From positions 10,850,001 through 10,914,000 of the forward strand of contig JBHGNT010000008.1 of NCBI GenBank assembly GCA_043228905.1: a stretch of DNA of 64,000 bases. Reading direction: 5' to 3'. The translations under genes and the position numbers were made by a program. Of the stretch, positions 25,701 to 37,286 are shown one piece after another (within the stretch, counting starts at the first letter, position 1; each line of letters starts with the position of its first letter). Below the pieces are notes generated by a model, which was not told the origin of the DNA, ran no database searches, and saw only the letters and a program-made list of their open reading frames with translations. This stretch comes from Azolla caroliniana. Lineage: Eukaryota > Plantae > Polypodiophyta.

Positions 25701-26322
25701 AATGAAGTACTCAATAAGAAGATGTATATTCACAAGTAGAATAAGAGATACAAAAGTGTAGCATTACAAGGAGTCACAACCGACTTGGTATGAAGTATGA
25801 GGAGGGTGCTTTATATAGAGTCACCATCTCTCTTCATTAACTTACAACAACCACTCTCTCTCTTGGGGAATGTGAAGACTCATAGTCATGGGGAATATGT
25901 AACTCATTAGTTATGTGTCATAGAATATGATTCTATGACACATAGTTAATGTTTAGAGAGTAGTGGTGTGACTCTTGACCTTTGAGTAATCATGGATTCT
26001 CAAAAGGTGCATTCACATGTTGCTCTATGTTGAGCTTGATTCTCAACAATATTCATATTGTTTTATTTTGGTTAATATAAGTTTTGGTAGTTAGTGTATC
26101 TGCTCTGTCGACTACTCTGGGTATTCATTTATGTTCGGATGCATTCTCTCCTATACATATATTATATCTAATAGTCGATCAAGTTCCTATTCATATTTAC
26201 AATAATTAAATCTGTGTTTACGGTATTGAGTGCGTGCATTCCAAAGTCGACAAACACCAATTCTCCAACCACAATAATCTTGATAGAATGGTTCGGTGAT
26301 AGAACGTTGGACCTATTGTGTT

Positions 26323-26389
26323 TGTCGACAGAGAATCGGTAGATTGTTAACACGGTTGTTCGACGATGAACACACTGAGGGTTCACAAG

Positions 26390-26448
<59 letters not shown>

Positions 26449-27177
26449 AAGAGACAATGAAGATAACATACTACACAAGCTCGAAAATAAATACTAGTAA
26501 ATTTGATTGAATGACGGCTAAAGTAGATACAAACAACACAAAGTTGGCAAACGAGATCGACACTACAGATGCGCAGTTGTGAGCCTTCGGTCTGGAGCAC
26601 ACGGGCTTGGTACTACGAGCGGAGGCCTCACATAGATGTCACCGAACAGAATAGAATAGAACAAAAAACCCTTGAGCCTTCCTTCTCTCTGAATCCCCAA
26701 TATGACATCCCCATTTGAATAGACGCCTTCCCTTTCTTTTGATAGTTTTCAAGGAGAGGGAGGGTCCACATCACATCTGACAGTTCTAACAACCATTTTC
26801 TTATCAGAGATCTTCCCCTCAATCTTCTCCCATCCCCTATGTTGAGCAGCAATCTCAACCGGAGCCGGATCGGCTGAATAAGCTTGAGCCGGTAAGCGAG
26901 ATGAATCGATATGCCGGCGAGCAATCGAGCCGGTAAGCAGTAAGGACCGATGAGCTGGGGAGCCGGTATGCTGGATCCAATCTGTAAACAGAAGCCTAGT
27001 ATAGGTTAGACTACTAGGCAGTTATAGTCTCGTAGTTAGTGTTAGATGCTCGTGTGAGCATTGAAGTATACTGTACTTCTAACGTCCCGTGTGGACTTGT
27101 ATAAATAGCGCTGATGAGCGCGTTGTAGATACAGAGAGCACAGAGTATTCATATAATTTTGGAAAATAGTGTGTCCT

Positions 27178-27219
<42 letters not shown>

Positions 27220-30200
27220 TGTATTGTTCTTTCTAACGCTTCCGCAAGCAATCTTTAACATGGTATCAGAGCGCGTGGGTTGAGAACCTCTGTTGCAGAC
27301 ATCTACGCTTGTGAAGGAAACCCTAACAAATCGGAAAGCAGACACAAAAGGAGAAATGGACAAAGGGACAAAGTAGTCGCTCCCGGTGGAGAAGCTCGAC
27401 AGAACCAACTACGCATCTTGGTCATACAAGATGCACCAGTACCTGCTTGGGCATGGTTACTGGAGTTATGTCGACGGAGTGAACGACTCAACACCGGAGA
27501 CAACACACAAGGACTTCCCAGTGTGGGAACAAGCGACAAGCAGGGTGATGTATTGCTTCGCGTCTAGTGTCGGTGACCAGCTGCTCAGCCATATCCGTGA
27601 CGCCAAGACACCAAAGGATGCTTGGGGAAACTTGAAAAAGGTCTTCGCCGCAAGCACCACTGCCCGGAAGCTGCAACTCAGACAGGAGTTGAGCAATGTT
27701 CGACAGAACAACATGACGGTGGCAGATTACACAGCCTGGATCAAAGGGATCTGTGACTCGCTTGCCTCTATTAACGTCACCGTAGAGGAAGACGAGATGG
27801 TGCAGGTCTGTCTTGGAGGTCTGGTGTCCAAGTTCGGAGCTTTCCGGACTACGGTTTGTACAAGAGAGAATATGCCCTCATTTTTCGACTTACAGTCGAT
27901 GCTCCTTGTAGAGGAGAACCACACCGGTGCATCTACCAGTGCATCCCCAGACAACCGGATGCTATACACGGGAGCGGATCGGTCCCGTGGGCGTGGTGGA
28001 CGAGGCAGGTCGGGACGCAACGGAGGCGGCCGGCAAGAGCAGGAATGAAGGCATAGTGAGCGTGCCGACAAAGTTCCGGGACTTCCACAAGCAGGGGGAG
28101 TCAAGGTGGTGCCGGAGACTGGCAAGACAAATCCGCTACGGAATGCTGGTACTGTGGAAAAAAGGGCCACAGGGAAAGCGAGTGCTGGAGAAAGCGTGCC
28201 GATTCGGACAAATCCGGATCTGGCAAGACCGGTAAGGAAGGCCGACAAAGCTCGCACTACGCAAACGGATCGGGAGGATCCAAGAACCGTAAGGGGCCAG
28301 CCTTGGTGATGAAGCACAAGGCAAACTCAATGAAGAAGACCACTTCCAAATCAGAGGAGGTGTGGTACGTTGACTCCGGCGCATCGAACCACATGACGAG
28401 CCACGAGGAGTGGTTCTCCTTTTTGGAGAAGCCGGATCAACCGGGAGTTGTCGAAACCGGAGACGACACTCCCCATCCGATCGTGCACGTCGGAGAAGTC
28501 CCTTTGAGCCACGTCGGACAAAGGGGGAAGCTGATGAATGTATTACATGTTCTGACAATCACGAAGAACCTGATGTCGGTCGGACAGATCATCGACTAGG
28601 GGATGCAGGTGTGGTTTACGCACCTCGGGTGCTTCATTGAGTATGAGGGCGAAGTTATTGCGCAAGGACGCAGAGATGGGAGGATGTTTATCCTCAACAC
28701 CAATGACGTCGGCACCGCACTGTTCGCCAAAGGACAGAAGGTCGAGTCGGATATCGACCTGTGGCACAAGCGGATCGGTCACGTCAACTACCGGAGGCTT
28801 CAAGACCTGCAAGTGGAACAAGTCGTTTTTGGTTTGCCGAAGTTCAGCGGCCGGAGAGCCCAGATTTGTGAAGCCTGCCAACTCAGGAAGCAACACCGGC
28901 CTCCATTCCCCACCAAAAGAAATCGAAGTCGTAACAAGCTCGATCTTCTCCATTCGGATGTGTGGGGACCGGCACAAAATGTTAGCATTGGCGGGAGTTG
29001 ATATTTCGTCTCCTTCATCGACGACTACACGCGGCATACGTGGATCTACCTCATTGAGCGGAAGAGCGAAGTATTCGAGTGTTTCCGGAGCCTCCAAAAG
29101 ATGGTGGAATGGGAATCGGAGAGGAAGATCAAATGCCTACGGTCGGATGGCGGAAAAGAGTACTTTTCCGGCCAATTCAACAGCTATCTGCAACAAAAAG
29201 GAATTCGGCGAGAATTCAACTACAGATACACACCGCATTAGAACGGTGTGGCCGAAAGGAAGAATTGGTTGCTGATTGACACGGCTAGGGCAATGCTGGA
29301 GGAAAAGAGCATGCCCAAGTTCTACTGGGTGGAGGCGGTCCAAACGGCCGTTTACATCTAGAACCGGATCAGGGACAAGGTGTCAGCTCACGAGCTGTAT
29401 TTAGGGCGCAAGCCGAATTTGAGACACCTCCGGATATTCGGCAGCATAGCCTATGTACATGTGTCGGATGAGAAGCGAAGAAAGCTGGATGCAAAATCGG
29501 AAAAATGCATCCTAGTCGGCTATGCTCAAGAGCAAAAGGGGTATAAGTGTTATAACCCTTGGACGAAGCAGGTCCGAGTCAGCTGAGATGTCGAGTTTGA
29601 TGAATCGACATCGTGGTATTCCTTAACGACTCCGACTTCCGATCCCGACTCGATATCAGAGGATGGGGCTAGTGAGCCCGAACCGGCCCAGGTAGAGAAA
29701 GATGAAGCCGGGACTCAAGATGAGAGTCCGGAATCGCTCCGGTTAAGCGGACCGAATGAGAGACTGGATCAGTCCAACCAGTCGGATGATGAGACGGTGA
29801 GTAGTGGAGACTTTGTCGTGCTCTCCCCGCGCAAGGAACCGAGGAGACGGTTCACACGCAAAGAGAAAGGGAAGCAGAAGATGCCAGAATTCAAGACCAG
29901 CAATGATGAGTTGGATCGGTGCGTACTTGACTTCGGCAAGGACATATGCAGATCTTCGGGAACGAAGACCGAACCGGCCAAGAAGGGTCTCATACCGGGT
30001 AACGGTGAGTTACGCCGGTCCACCCACCAGAAGGATCCTGTTAAACGGTACGGGTATAACGAGTACATGGCACATCATTATGTGTAAATGACCAAGGTTG
30101 CGGAAGTGCGTGAGCCAGAGAGCTATGCAGAAGCGGCAAAGGACGCAAATTGGCGTGCCGCTATGGAGGAAGAAATGGGGGCACTGGATGCCAACGGAAC

Positions 30201-32912
30201 TTGGGACTTTGTTGACCCTCCCCGTCACTGTAAACCGATCGGATGCAAGTGGGTGTACAAGGTAAAGTACAATGCTGACGGTACAGTTAACCGGTACAAG
30301 GCCCGGTTAGTGGCGAAGGGATATACGCAGACTCACGGAATCGACTACGACGAGACCTTCACTCCTGTAGCGAAGATGACGACGGTTCGTGTGGTACTGG
30401 CGGTTGCTGCAGCAAGGGGGTGGCATCTTCATCAGATGGATGTGAAGAATGCCTTCCTTCAAGGAGATCTTGAAGAAGAAGTCTTTATGACTCAGCCCCA
30501 CGGATTTTAGTTGGAGATGAACAAGTCGGCGATATGCCGACTGAGGAAGTCGTTGTACGGCTTGAGGCAAGCCTCCCGTGCTTGGAATGCTAAGATCACG
30601 CACCGGTTGCGAAAGATGGGGTTTGTTGCCTCTAAGTCAGACTCTTCCCTGTTCATTCGTCAAGACTCAAACGGTCTAGTATGTATCTTACTCTATGTTG
30701 ATGATTTAGTCATCACTGGCCCAGGTCTTCCGGAAATCCACCGCGTCAAGTCCCAGTTGTTGGACGCATTCGATATGAAGGACTTGGGGGACCTTCATTA
30801 TTTTTTGGGGATCGAGGTGATCCGCACCCCCGATGACATATTGCTTTCTCAACGCCATTATGTGTTGAATATACTGTACAAGTTCGGCATGATGGAATGC
30901 TGACCTGTCTCCACACCCCTGGACCGGAATCAGAAGATCTGTCCCAACTCCGGACCAGCCTGCGATGAGAAAAGGTTTCGACAAATAGTCGGAAGCCTGA
31001 TCTACTTGACCATCACCTGACCCAACATTAATTATCCGGTCGGAGTGGTAAGCCAATTCATGCAGAAGCCGACCGTGGAGCACCTTCAGTGCGTGCAACG
31101 AATATTGAGGTATGTAAGCGGCACTAAGGACCGGGGGCTCTTATACCGGCAAGGTATAACCGAAGAGCTTGTCGGCTACACGGATGCCAACTGGGCTGGC
31201 GATGCAACGGATCGTCGCTCAACTTCCGGCTTTATGTTTTCTCTTGGGAGCGGGGCTGTTGCGTGGAGCAGCAAAAAGCAGCCAACAATGGCTCTATCCA
31301 GCATTGAGGCTGAATACCGAGGCGTGACCATTGCCACCTACGAAGCCATTTGGCTTCGACGACTACTGCAAGACCTGCAGATCGAGGTACCGATCCCGAT
31401 CCCGATCTACTGCGATAACCTCAGCAACATGCAGCTCGCCAAGAACCCTGTGTTCCATGCTCGCACAAAGCACATAGAAGTGTATTATCACTTCGTGCAT
31501 GAGTGGGTCCTGAGCGGTGAAGTTGAACTACGGTATGTTCACACGGATCGGCAAGTTGCCGACATCTTCACCAAGCTGCTCGGGTCGGACAAGTTGCAGC
31601 ACTTTACCGAAATGCTTGGTGTTCAGCATCTCGACGTGCCACACTTGAGGGGGAGACACAAGGGCAAAGACACTACCGAAACGGGCAAAGGCAAAAAACT
31701 TGTTGAACCCGTAGGTAAGAGAAGAACCGGTAGAGGTGGAAACAAGAAGAAAAATGAAGCCGAGTCGACGAAGGAAGTCGGCACATTCGAACAGGTCGGA
31801 GTGAGCGGCTGTGAAGAAGAAGTGTATACTCAGGAAGAGAAGTGCATGCTATGCGGAGGTCATCACGATCGTAATGGCCATGATGCGGAGTCAAATGAAG
31901 AATTCGACTTCGGTGAACCGGCTGAAGAAGCCAAGGGAAGCACGGAGAAGGCCAAAACCCGGACGTGGTCCGATGTGGTGAGAGGCCTGAAGCCGAAAAT
32001 CGAATAAGAGGATACCGATTTGGACAAGGGCTGGAACGAGTCGGAGATAGCCGATTCGGATCAACAGACGGATCCAGATGAGTTGGATCAACGAGAGGCC
32101 AAGGAGACACAGACGCAGCGGAAGTCGATGCCATTGCGGAGGAACCGACGGATCAGCAAGCGCCGGAGTCATAATAGCGAAGGAGCTGAGATGGGGCTAT
32201 TGAGCAGACATGCCCAAGGTCGAGGCGTGCAGAACCAAAGGGGTCGCGGCAAATGGGACTGGACTGGACAAGGAGCGCGAGCAAGGCAAATCGACGCCAA
32301 GAGAAGTTGGTTGGAAGAACCGGTTGCCACAGAGGTTGACACTACGACCCTACCTCAGGTTGAGCTTGAGGGGGAGTGTTGAGTGGCAAGCTCAACTGGA
32401 GCTGGATCGGCTGAATAAGCCTGAGCCGGTAAGCGAGATGAATCGGTATGCCGGTGAGCAACCGAGCCGGTAAGCAGTAAGGACCGGTGAGCTGGGGAGC
32501 CGGTATGCCGGATCCAATCCGTAACCGGAAGCCTAGTATAGGTTAGACTACTAGGCAGTTATAGTCTTGTAGTTAGTGTCAGATGCTCGTGTGAGCATTG
32601 AAGTACACCATACTTTTAACAGTCCCATGTGGACTTGTATAAATAGCGCTGATGAGCGCGTTGTAGATACAGAGAGCACAGAGTATTCATATAATTTTGG
32701 AAAATAGTGTGTCCTGCTCTCTCTCTCTCTCTCTTTGTGTATTGTTCTCTCTAACGCTTCCGCAAGCAATCTTTAACACCCTACCCATTATTCCCCTCTT
32801 TGTGAGGGCCCATAATGCTAAGAAAAGCTATCTTGTCTTGTCATTATTAATACTATGTTATTTAAAATTGTTTGTACATAAAACCCCTTTCATGTGCATA
32901 CGTGCACATCCT
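26323..32912 (-). mobile_element. Possible LTR-like remnant (26323-26839 plus 32784-32912) split by element F
   Basis: Non-coding with a (GA)n tract; ends in ...CTGTCGACA on the minus strand, like the gypsy LTR ends elsewhere in the window. No partner LTR or TSD found. Confidence 0.3.
26840..32778 (+). mobile_element. Full-length, older Ty1/copia element F (same lineage as D and M)
   Basis: LTRs 26840-27260 and 32377-32778, TSD CCCTA at 26835-26839 and 32779-32783, PBS TGGTATCAGAGC at 27261-27272, PPT at 32365-32376. Gag EKLDRTNYASW, PR, INT, RT and RH with many premature stops. Confidence 0.97.
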
Positions 32913-33266
32913 TGTTCCCACACGGTCGACGAGTTTTCTCCTCGTGGCTAGAATCCTCCATGACAACGTTGTCGTGGGAAATTCTGGCTACGAGGGAAAA
33001 AGTAATCGAATCCATGGATGCGCTCAAATATGGCTTTATGTATAAACACATGTAAATAGCATAGGACTAGTAAGCGCTAGAAACTAGGATGTTCCCACAC
33101 GATCGATGAGTTTTCTCCTCGTGGCTAGAATCCTCCATGACAACGTTGTCGTGGGAAATTCCGGCTACGGGGGAAAAAGTAACCAAATGCATGGATGCGC
33201 TCAAATATGGCTTTATGTATAAACACATGTAAATAGCATAGGACTAGTAAGCGCTAAGAACTAGGA
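32913..33266. repeat. 177-bp tandem duplication at the start of the G LTR
   Basis: TGTTCCCACAC...CTAGGA starts at 32913 and again at 33090. Confidence 0.9.
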
Positions 33267-35695
33267 TTCAATAGGTACTTAAATGTTCGCACGGATAGAG
33301 TGGAATATGGGAGTTTGAAGCGAGGAGATCGAGAGAAATCTTTTTCCAAAGCAGTGGTTTAACTACCTGATGTAACAACCCTCTCTCTCCTTGGTCTATA
33401 AAAGGAGGGAGAGAGGACTGAGGAGAAAGCCGCAGGGGTTGGAGGAGGATGAAGTGTTGTCGGTTTGGGGATCGAGCTCTCTGTCTCTCGCTCATTTTCT
33501 GTTTGGTGCATGGTTTGGTTGGAAGCCTTTGCTCGCGTAGGAAGCCTGTGTGCTCCCGATAGAGGCTCCCCGTTGTGTCTCGGTGTCTCCGCATGTTTGT
33601 GTGTGTTGTGTGACTAGCCATTGCTTTGACTCCGGCCGAGCCGGTTGTATACTGTTATTCCCATAATCTATAGTATTCATTTGCTATCCCGTTTTGCCCC
33701 CCCCCCCCCCCCCCGCCCCTTGTCTTCTTCTCCTTCTTCTTCCTTCACTCCTTGGTCTGAGGCCCCATGGTCCCACCTTAGCCGTTGCATGTATACGTGT
33801 ATAACTGCGACATATTTGGTGATCCCGACGTGAAACAGGAAGTTGGGGAGTCCGAAGATGAGAGGAAGTGAGCTCGTTGAGGCCATGGCGGTAGCGGTTG
33901 ACTGCCTAGAGGGCAGAGGTGCCCTTGATAGGGCCATCGAGGCAATCGTCGGCACGATAGGCCGATTCGGCGGGAAGAATGCGACAAGCTATCTCGAGGC
34001 CTATCGGGCCGAGATGATAATGAGGGACATGCCGAAGGACAAATGGCTGTCGGCATTCTTTCGGGTGGTGACACCGAGCATTCATACTGAGGTGCTTGAG
34101 GTACAGGCTGGCTGCCAAAACTGGGAGGAGTTCGAAGGATGGGTCCTCGAGAGGTACGAGTTTGACGACTCTCTTTGGTTGTCGAAACGGGAGTTCATGG
34201 AGTGGGTCGAGGGCCCCAGAGAGGGGGGGAAGACGTCGGTGCTCCTTCAGGAGTTCTAAACGATTCGCTTGGCTCTCGGCACTAGACCGGACCGTGCTCG
34301 ATACGAGCCGAGTCATACTATTCATCAAGTCAGTGGACACGCTTGATTGGGAGAAGGTGGGTCTCCTACTGGAGACGAACGAAGGGCTCACGGCTGATTG
34401 GGCCGTGGTAAGAAGGGTTTGTAGCCGTTTTGACAAACGACGAGAATGGAATGATCTAGAGTCGTCGACGACCGGCGTGGGAACCAAGAGGAAGTTAGAG
34501 TAGCCAATTCTGGCGCGGATGGAAGAGAGTTGAAGGTGGCTCGAGTCGGGCGCGGTCCCAGCCGTTGCGGTCAAAGGCCCGTCCGGGGGCGTGGCTCTAG
34601 AAGAGTGGATGAAGATGGTATGTGATCTCCAGATCGCGTAGGCCCGGAGGGATAGCAGGGGACAGTCGTGGGAGTGGAAGCCTCCGGCAAACCAACGATG
34701 TATGTGGTGTGACGTGGTTGATCACGTCCGAAGAGAGTGCGCCGACTTTGCAGAGGCACTCAGAAGTAACGTAGTGTACCCATGGAATGGGCGGGTGCAC
34801 GGATGCGAGACCCGAAAACCCTTAGAATTGAATACCAGCCGAGGCAGAATGAAGCGATTAATGGAAGAAGCCACGACGGGACACGTCGAGACCGTCCACT
34901 ACTCGACGTTGGCTAGCATCCGAGTTCGAGGTGATGGCGGTCGAAAGGTGAAGGATTCTAGGTTCTAGTCGTTGGTGCTGGAAGGCCTTCCCAGCGTAAG
35001 GTTAAGGAAGGAGGAAGCGGACCGCGCGGAGAGGTGGGTCCGAGAGGTCACCGGATGGGATGATCCGGTCAAGGAGAAGACTGGTTTCGTAGAGGCCGCG
35101 TGCTAGAACTACGAGGTTCTGGTGGAGGATAAGAGAGCGGGGAAGGGCGTAGGAACTAGAACCGCCAACCGGTACGAGACGCGGGGCGCTCCGAAGAAGA
35201 ATGATGCCGGGGCTTCCGGCTCGCAGGAAAGGTTGAAGCCAGCAGGTTATTGGTTGAGTTCGGAAATAGAAAGGGCGACGGACTTGCAAAAAGTCCTTGA
35301 AGAGAGAATCCTTGACAACAACGTAGAGCTATCTTAGAGAAATGTTAGGAATCACCAAGAAGGAGTTCCACGACTCCATCGTGGTCTTCGTGAAGTGTAA
35401 GAGGCTCATGACAGAGCTAGAGCCGGAGAGGCCCGTGGAGGTAAGGACGGTTCACCTAGACAACGCGGCCGTGGAGGACAAGTTGGCGGAGAGCCACTAT
35501 ATGAGGCCGCACTGGGCGAGTGCGACTACGAAGACCCCCGTTCAGATCGGGGATGTCCAAGAACCGGTGGTGGCTCTGATCGACCACAGATCCGAGACCA
35601 ACTTGATGTCTCTGGAATTCTACAAGAAGGGGAAGTGGCTGATCAACACCAAGCACGGGTGGAAGATACGCGCACCACAGAGGAGTTGCACAGGG
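32913..35695 (+). mobile_element. 3'-truncated Ty3/gypsy element G (5' LTR, tRNA-Trp-type PBS, gag, start of protease)
   Basis: LTR ~32913-33812 ending CTGCGACA, with TATAAAA near 33397. PBS TGGTGATCCCGACGTGAA at 33817-33834. Gag GRFGGKNATSYLEAY, knuckle CMWCDVVDHVRREC, protease-like VALIDHRSETNLM. Confidence 0.8.
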
Positions 35696-37286
35696 TTGTT
35701 ACTTTTGGAGTCTAAGCAAATGGTATTGTTTTCCTAATAGTATATTAAAGGATTCCACTTCTCTTCTCCATCTTTTTCTATATCTCTCCATCACTAAGTA
35801 TTAACACTTTTGTTCTATTAGTATGGTTGGTCTTCCTTTCGCTCTCACACACACATACCACATAGTCTTCCGTTGCACAATCACATATGTGATTAACTAC
35901 TCACATAATTAGATACTAATTAACTTCAATTAATTGCCTAATTATTAACACTTTTGTTCTATCAGTATGGCTAGTCTTCATTCCTATGACTTGCATGAAC
36001 TTTGAAACTTCCATATATATGGTTCATACGCAATAATCCAAATTTGTGTTATATGTGAGTCCTGATGCTTTGGACTAAATTTGTATGTCCTAGTATGCTC
36101 CTCTTATACATGTACATATACTCATCATGTGAATCGGGATAATTAGACTAAATCAATATCAATGATTTAGGTACATAATTCATGTTTCATTTTCAATGAT
36201 ACATCACATGGTATTGCTTCTGAAGTGTATACAATACACCTAGTGCTTCCCAAAATGTGTTTGCTTTTAAACTCTTATATGCTCAATATAGAAATTAAAT
36301 AAAGAGCAATTTAAAGCCAATAATAGGTAAATTGTTGCTTAGACTAATGGATATGTAACAATTGCAAGGTCACATTTGTAAAGTAGTAGGAAAATGAAGA
36401 ACACTTCATTAGGCTTGAAGGCTATTTAAAATATGGAGAGGATACCTAGTGAGATGGTCTAGTGATTAAAAGTATTAAACATATTTAAGCTTCTGAGTGG
36501 CTATTGTAAACGGGGGAGATAGTCTAGTCTATTGATAAATGAATAATTGTATGTGTTGTAATATAGAACTATTTCCATTACTTTCCTCTAGCCTAATGAA
36601 TTATTGTTTGTTTGAAACATCATTTGAACCTTAGGTGTAATGGTGGTTTGATTTGAAACATGTTTCATTAGTATTGCAAGTTGCTTTTGCGTGTGTTTAT
36701 TGCAAACTATGTAACCTGAGGAAAAGTGTACTAGAAAGAGATGTTGTATTGCCAATAGTGTGATTGATATGTATTTCAAATGTGGCTTGACCCATGTAGC
36801 ACATATATTGTTTGATAAGCTTCGCATATTGAATTAGCATATATTAATCTCTCCTCATTAAAATATGTTGTGATGTGAGAAATTATTGAGCATTTGAAAG
36901 GGTTTCTTGCAGTGGAGTATTCATTATGATTGTTGATGAAATTTCATAAAGAGAATAGCCATCAAAACAAATAATGAACTCTTGAGTCTTTATTAGTAAA
37001 CGAATCGTTACCACTTTAGTACACCTTAAACCTTAGGTTCAACGCAAATTTTGGTTCATGTTAAGTGGTCTTAACTCCTAGTATGGCCGGGAAGATTCTG
37101 AATCTAGGGCATAAGGCCATGTCTCGAGAACCAAGGCATGTACAAAAAGAAAGACACCACAAACATAGCTCTCATTTCTGCAGAAACGCTGAAGCTCTCT
37201 CATCCTCTGTTCAATCCCTCTCTCACTCCCAAACTCCTTGCAGAAACTTCCATCCCTACTCGTCTTCCTGCTCTTCCGAGACAACC

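Larger units (their letters stand above)
16767..26048 (-). mobile_element. 3'-truncated Ty1/copia element E, host of element D
   Basis: 5' LTR 25570-26048 (TGTAAAG...CTCAACA on +), degenerate PBS TGGTATTAGAG at 25559-25569, gag MGSALPSEKLDRNNFASW, PR WFVDSGASNHMT, integrase to 22766. Resumes left of D (REPETFSEA...VAKMTNVR) and stops abruptly in early RT. Confidence 0.9.

Noticed and set aside
27105-27135. CTGATGAG in the F LTR as a hammerhead ribozyme core (retrozyme)
   Set aside because: No GAAAC following a stem II and no three-stem arrangement visible.
35700-37080. AT-rich interval with a possible splice acceptor near 36910 and a ~37-bp local duplication (35800/35944)
   Set aside because: No open frame or recognisable motif; nothing supportable beyond intergenic DNA.
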